Assembly: GCA_964455985.1 (NCBI GenBank)
Contig: CAYWDY010000001.1
Location: 6,889 to 35,432 of the forward strand
Direction: 5' to 3'
From: an uncultured Flavobacteriales bacterium
GTDB lineage: Bacteria; Bacteroidota; Bacteroidia; AKYH767-A; 2013-40CM-41-45
Length of the DNA: 28,544 nt
Positions within the stretch are counted from its first letter, which is position 1, and each line of letters opens with the position of its first letter. The position numbers and the translations under genes were made by a program. This document shows positions 25,360-28,544 of this stretch, piece by piece. Under the pieces are notes generated by a model that saw only the letters and a program-made list of their open reading frames with translations, ran no database searches and had not been told where the DNA came from.

Positions 25360-26445
25360 ATGCTACGCGCCCTTTTCCGACTTCTACTGTTAGGCTTGCT
25401 CTTGGTGAACGTTTTCACGTCATCCGTTTGGGCACAAGAAACCCAACCCGGCATGAAAGACGGAACGATCTACGGCTATGACTCGAGTTATGTCATCAGC
25501 TTCCGGGACAATCTGGTGATTACGCTCGTCAATGAACTCAAAGCGGGAGCCATTGACATGAGTTTTCAGTCAACAAAGCGATCGTACGCGCTGTATTACA
25601 AAGCCAACCCCGCCAATGCCTGGGGATTCGGATTCGATTACAAATGGCTGACGTTCGAGTTCACCAAGCAACTCCCCTGGCAGTCGTTCGATCCGGCAAA
25701 AGGTGAATCGAAAAACTCCAGCTTGGGTTTCGGTGTGACGGGCAGAAAGCTGACCTTCCGTAATTTCTACGAATACACGAAAGGGTATTACCTCGAAAAC
25801 ACCGACGCTTGGTTGGCTGGATATAATACCACGTACCGTCAGTATTATCTGCGTCCGGATATCGAAACGTTCACTTATTTCAGTTCGCTGAACTATACGT
25901 TCAACAACAAGCGGTTCTCGAACAACGCCTCTATCTGGCAATTGGAACGTCAAATGCGATTCGCCGGCACCTTTGTAGCTGGACTAGGTTATATCTACAA
26001 TGCCTTCTCCGCCGATTCGAGCATTATTCCCACCACGACCATCGATTCCTTTTCCCGATCCAACAATAATTTCTTCTCGCTGAACAGTTTGGGAATCAAC
26101 CTCGGTTACATGTGTAACTTCGCCTTTACGCGCTCCAAGAAATTCTTCATCACGTTAGCGATCATACCGGGCTTCTCGCGTCAATGGGGCGAAGTGAATG
26201 TAGAGAAAGTAGGAATCGTGCGAGTCAACCAATTGCAAGGCGTGCAATCCGAGTCGCGGCTGGGATTCGGATATAACGGCGACCGATGGTACACCGGTTT
26301 CATCGCGAAAGCCTACGCCAACTACAATGTGATCGACGAGCAGCAACCGCTATCCATTTCCAATCAATTTTACCGGCTGTATTTCGGATACCGTTTCAAT
26401 CCCATTTCACACCACAGCAAGTTCTTGAAGAAGCTCGGACTGTAA
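25360..26445 (+). CDS. DUF4421-family outer-membrane beta-barrel protein
   Basis: Signal peptide; GFGFDYKWL, YLRPDI, NNKRFS..A..WQ.ERQ...AGTF and GFGYNGDRW..G; C-terminal YFGYRF beta-signal-like strand. Confidence 0.75.
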   Translation: MLRALFRLLLLGLLLVNVFTSSVWAQETQPGMKDGTIYGYDSSYVISFRDNLVITLVNELKAGAIDMSFQSTKRSYALYYKANPANAWGFGFDYKWLTFEFTKQLPWQSFDPAKGESKNSSLGFGVTGRKLTFRNFYEYTKGYYLENTDAWLAGYNTTYRQYYLRPDIETFTYFSSLNYTFNNKRFSNNASIWQLERQMRFAGTFVAGLGYIYNAFSADSSIIPTTTIDSFSRSNNNFFSLNSLGINLGYMCNFAFTRSKKFFITLAIIPGFSRQWGEVNVEKVGIVRVNQLQGVQSESRLGFGYNGDRWYTGFIAKAYANYNVIDEQQPLSISNQFYRLYFGYRFNPISHHSKFLKKLGL

Positions 26446-27933
26446 TCAGGTTTTTACGAACCTGACTGAAGCTGTCCTACCATCTGATTCCCGGAACGTC
26501 ACCCAATAGATGCCCGCTGACCACGAGCGAACATCGATGTATTCGCGGGTCGTTCCGGTCGTCTGACTGCTGAACATAGATCTTCCCATCACGTCTGTGA
26601 TTTGCAGCAGCCCGACTTTGTTTTCCGGCCATTGAACCGTCAGTTGGTCAGTAACAGGATTGGGAAAAACCATTACCCGGTAGCCTGCATCAAGTTCACT
26701 CATCGAGCTGGTGAAGACAGTATCGCACAAGGGGCTTATCGAAATATACGTGGAGAAAAACTGTGCAAGCTGCTGGTCTCGTACATTGAAGTTATCAAAG
26801 GCATGACATGGGTTGTTGACTTGATCCAGACAGCTTCCCGGTCCGAAGAGGTAATTGTACGGAAAGGTTGTGGCCGTAAACTGATCCTGAATCGTGTAGC
26901 CATAACTGTTTAGCGCATTCCACTGATTGATGGCACGGCTTCCGTACACGCGAGGCGTTTGCGCAATGGCCGAGCAGCCGTATCCGTTGGTCATACACCA
27001 CGAAAGTCCCCAATAAATGCGATCGACATCAATAGGAACAACGATGTCGCACGGTTGATGAAAAGAATATAAGGCAGGCTTGACGGGTGATGTATTCCAA
27101 CGTAACAAGTCGTTGAACATGGCTCCGTAAAAGTTCCCGATTCCCTTCACCGTATAACGAATGTTCGTAGGTTCAATGGTCCCTACGATGGAACCGAGAT
27201 CAGGGCGGGCGATGGTGGTGCCCGTGAATACTTGTCCGGCATTGTAACTGCAACTGTCCGTGGAGGTGTTCGGAACAGGAACGTCCGGTAGCGGCCCCGT
27301 GAGAGGAGGTCGTTCCGAAGTTGTATCCATGAGTCCAACACCCATGGCGATGAAGGCACCGGCGCTTTCTCCGGCGATGAAAACGTTATTCGTATCGATG
27401 CGGTATGTCGAGTTCCGGTTGATCAGGTACCGAAGTGCCCCTTTTCCGTCTTGCACGGCGCGGTAGTAGGCGCGATACCACTCGGCAGTATCCGCGGCGA
27501 ACACACAACCGTAACCGGGGTAATTGCAGGTCCAAGCGACATCGTCGGCGACGAAGCCGAGGCGGTAGCTAATGGTGGCGGTCACATACCCGCGCTGGGC
27601 GAAACGGGTGCAGAGTGTCTTGATGTTTACATCGTTCTTATCGCCTGCCAGAAATGCTCCACCGTGTATGAGCAACAATAGCGGTCGACGGGAGATGTGT
27701 TGAGGATCATCGCACTGGGGCAGGTAAATATCGAGTGTATGCGTAACCGTCCTTCCGTTGAAATCGACAGAAGCTCCGTAGGGGATGTTCAGCAGGCTGT
27801 CGTAGGTGTAACGAGGAGAGATCCATTGCTGGGCCTGGGAAGCAGTCCATGAAAGAACGAAAGATAAAGCCAATAGGATACGGAGCATGGTGGTGGCAAC
27901 ACTACGAATTTTCGCGAGAGGGTTGTTATGCAT
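26446..27933 (-). CDS. Secreted alpha/beta-hydrolase (carboxylesterase/lipase type) with a T9SS C-terminal domain
   Basis: HGGAF oxyanion motif, GESAG nucleophile elbow, CDIVVP (Asp) and PCH (His); VFPNP...SAGIYWV C-terminal domain. The start is likely ATG 27933 or 27888, because a promoter overlaps the longer N-terminus. Confidence 0.85.
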   Translation of the reverse strand: MHNNPLAKIRSVATTMLRILLALSFVLSWTASQAQQWISPRYTYDSLLNIPYGASVDFNGRTVTHTLDIYLPQCDDPQHISRRPLLLLIHGGAFLAGDKNDVNIKTLCTRFAQRGYVTATISYRLGFVADDVAWTCNYPGYGCVFAADTAEWYRAYYRAVQDGKGALRYLINRNSTYRIDTNNVFIAGESAGAFIAMGVGLMDTTSERPPLTGPLPDVPVPNTSTDSCSYNAGQVFTGTTIARPDLGSIVGTIEPTNIRYTVKGIGNFYGAMFNDLLRWNTSPVKPALYSFHQPCDIVVPIDVDRIYWGLSWCMTNGYGCSAIAQTPRVYGSRAINQWNALNSYGYTIQDQFTATTFPYNYLFGPGSCLDQVNNPCHAFDNFNVRDQQLAQFFSTYISISPLCDTVFTSSMSELDAGYRVMVFPNPVTDQLTVQWPENKVGLLQITDVMGRSMFSSQTTGTTREYIDVRSWSAGIYWVTFRESDGRTASVRFVKT

Positions 27934-27961
27934 GAAAGTAAATGAACTCGAGATACTTTTA

Positions 27962-27994
27962 GCAATATATAGCCATTGAAAATGTTTACGCAAA
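27962..27994 (-). promoter_or_regulatory. Putative Bacteroidota promoter for the esterase gene
   Basis: Minus strand TTTG-N21-TATATTGC. Confidence 0.5.
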
Positions 27995-28113
27995 CCAGGC
28001 ATAATCACCTCTCTTTTCTCATGTGGTTAATGATTTCTCGGAGAGAAATACCTAGTCAACTCAAAGATCAGTTCTTTTTCCATTGAACTATTATAACACG
28101 TTGATCCACGTCA

Positions 28114-28544
28114 CTAATCCTGTATGAAATGCTTCTTTACAGCCGTTCCGATCAACTCTATGGAACGCATCAATTTCTCGTGAGGCAGCGCGCCGGTGTC
28201 CATCTGAAATGTCAGGCGATCAATACCACCTAACGCCTCCCTGTGCCGGTGAATTTTTTCGGCTACCTCTTCCGGGCTGCCAATGATATACGCTCCTCGC
28301 GTCGAACACTGCGCCTCGAACTGAGCGAGCGTCACCGGCGGCCAGCCACGCTCTCGACCGATTCGACTCATGCTTTCGGCATACCCCGGATAAAATTCAT
28401 CCAACGCCTTCTGCGTAGTTTCTGCTACGTATCCAAAGGAATGCAACCCCACTTTTAATTTCTCCGGCCCGTGTCCAGCCTGTGCTCCGGCCCGACGGTA
28501 CAGATCAATCAACGGACGAAAACGATGTGTTTCTCCTCCGATTA
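28114..28544 (-). CDS. LLM-class (luciferase-like) flavin-dependent monooxygenase, C-terminal part (partial at the right edge)
   Basis: The frame is open to the edge: IGGETHRFRPLIDLYRRAG..AGH, VGLHSFGYVA, GRERGWPP, GSPEEVAEKI and HEKLMRSIELIG. Confidence 0.88.
   Translation of the reverse strand, partial: IGGETHRFRPLIDLYRRAGAQAGHGPEKLKVGLHSFGYVAETTQKALDEFYPGYAESMSRIGRERGWPPVTLAQFEAQCSTRGAYIIGSPEEVAEKIHRHREALGGIDRLTFQMDTGALPHEKLMRSIELIGTAVKKHFIQD

Noticed and set aside
28033-28049. Hairpin ATTTCTC-GGA-GAGAAAT
   Set aside because: AT-rich stem with a 3-nt loop and no U-tract; weak support.

Overview
A 28.5-kb chromosomal segment from a Bacteroidota bacterium. The assignment rests on four T9SS C-terminal sorting domains, TAnnTTTG-type -7 promoter boxes and A-rich starts without Shine-Dalgarno sites; the dioxygenase and MnSOD suggest an aerobic lifestyle. 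I see no rRNA, tRNA, CRISPR array or mobile element. Left to right: (1) a partial OmpR-family response regulator (missing from the ORF track), divergent from an operon encoding a T9SS-secreted Reeler-like protein with a CxxCH motif, two lipoprotein cytochromes c with atypical CX4CH/CX6CH motifs and a DUF5777 beta-barrel, with two 21-bp direct-repeat boxes in between; (2) lower kynurenine-pathway genes (3-HAO, ACMSD, 2-aminomuconate-semialdehyde dehydrogenase, an SDR), with a TMTC-like GT-C glycosyltransferase inside the operon; (3) DUF2625-mobA-fdhD-FdhF/YdeP; (4) a DEAD-box helicase; (5) tandem T9SS cargo genes, a CotH-kinase multidomain protein with an internal low-GC segment and an Fn3-purple acid phosphatase; (6) a Tat-exported MnSOD, an SDR and a DUF4421 barrel; (7) a T9SS esterase and a partial LLM monooxygenase. 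The best candidate for an undescribed system is the two-component-regulated surface heme/cytochrome/beta-barrel operon at 1-3270. All family assignments come from motif recognition, not from database searches.
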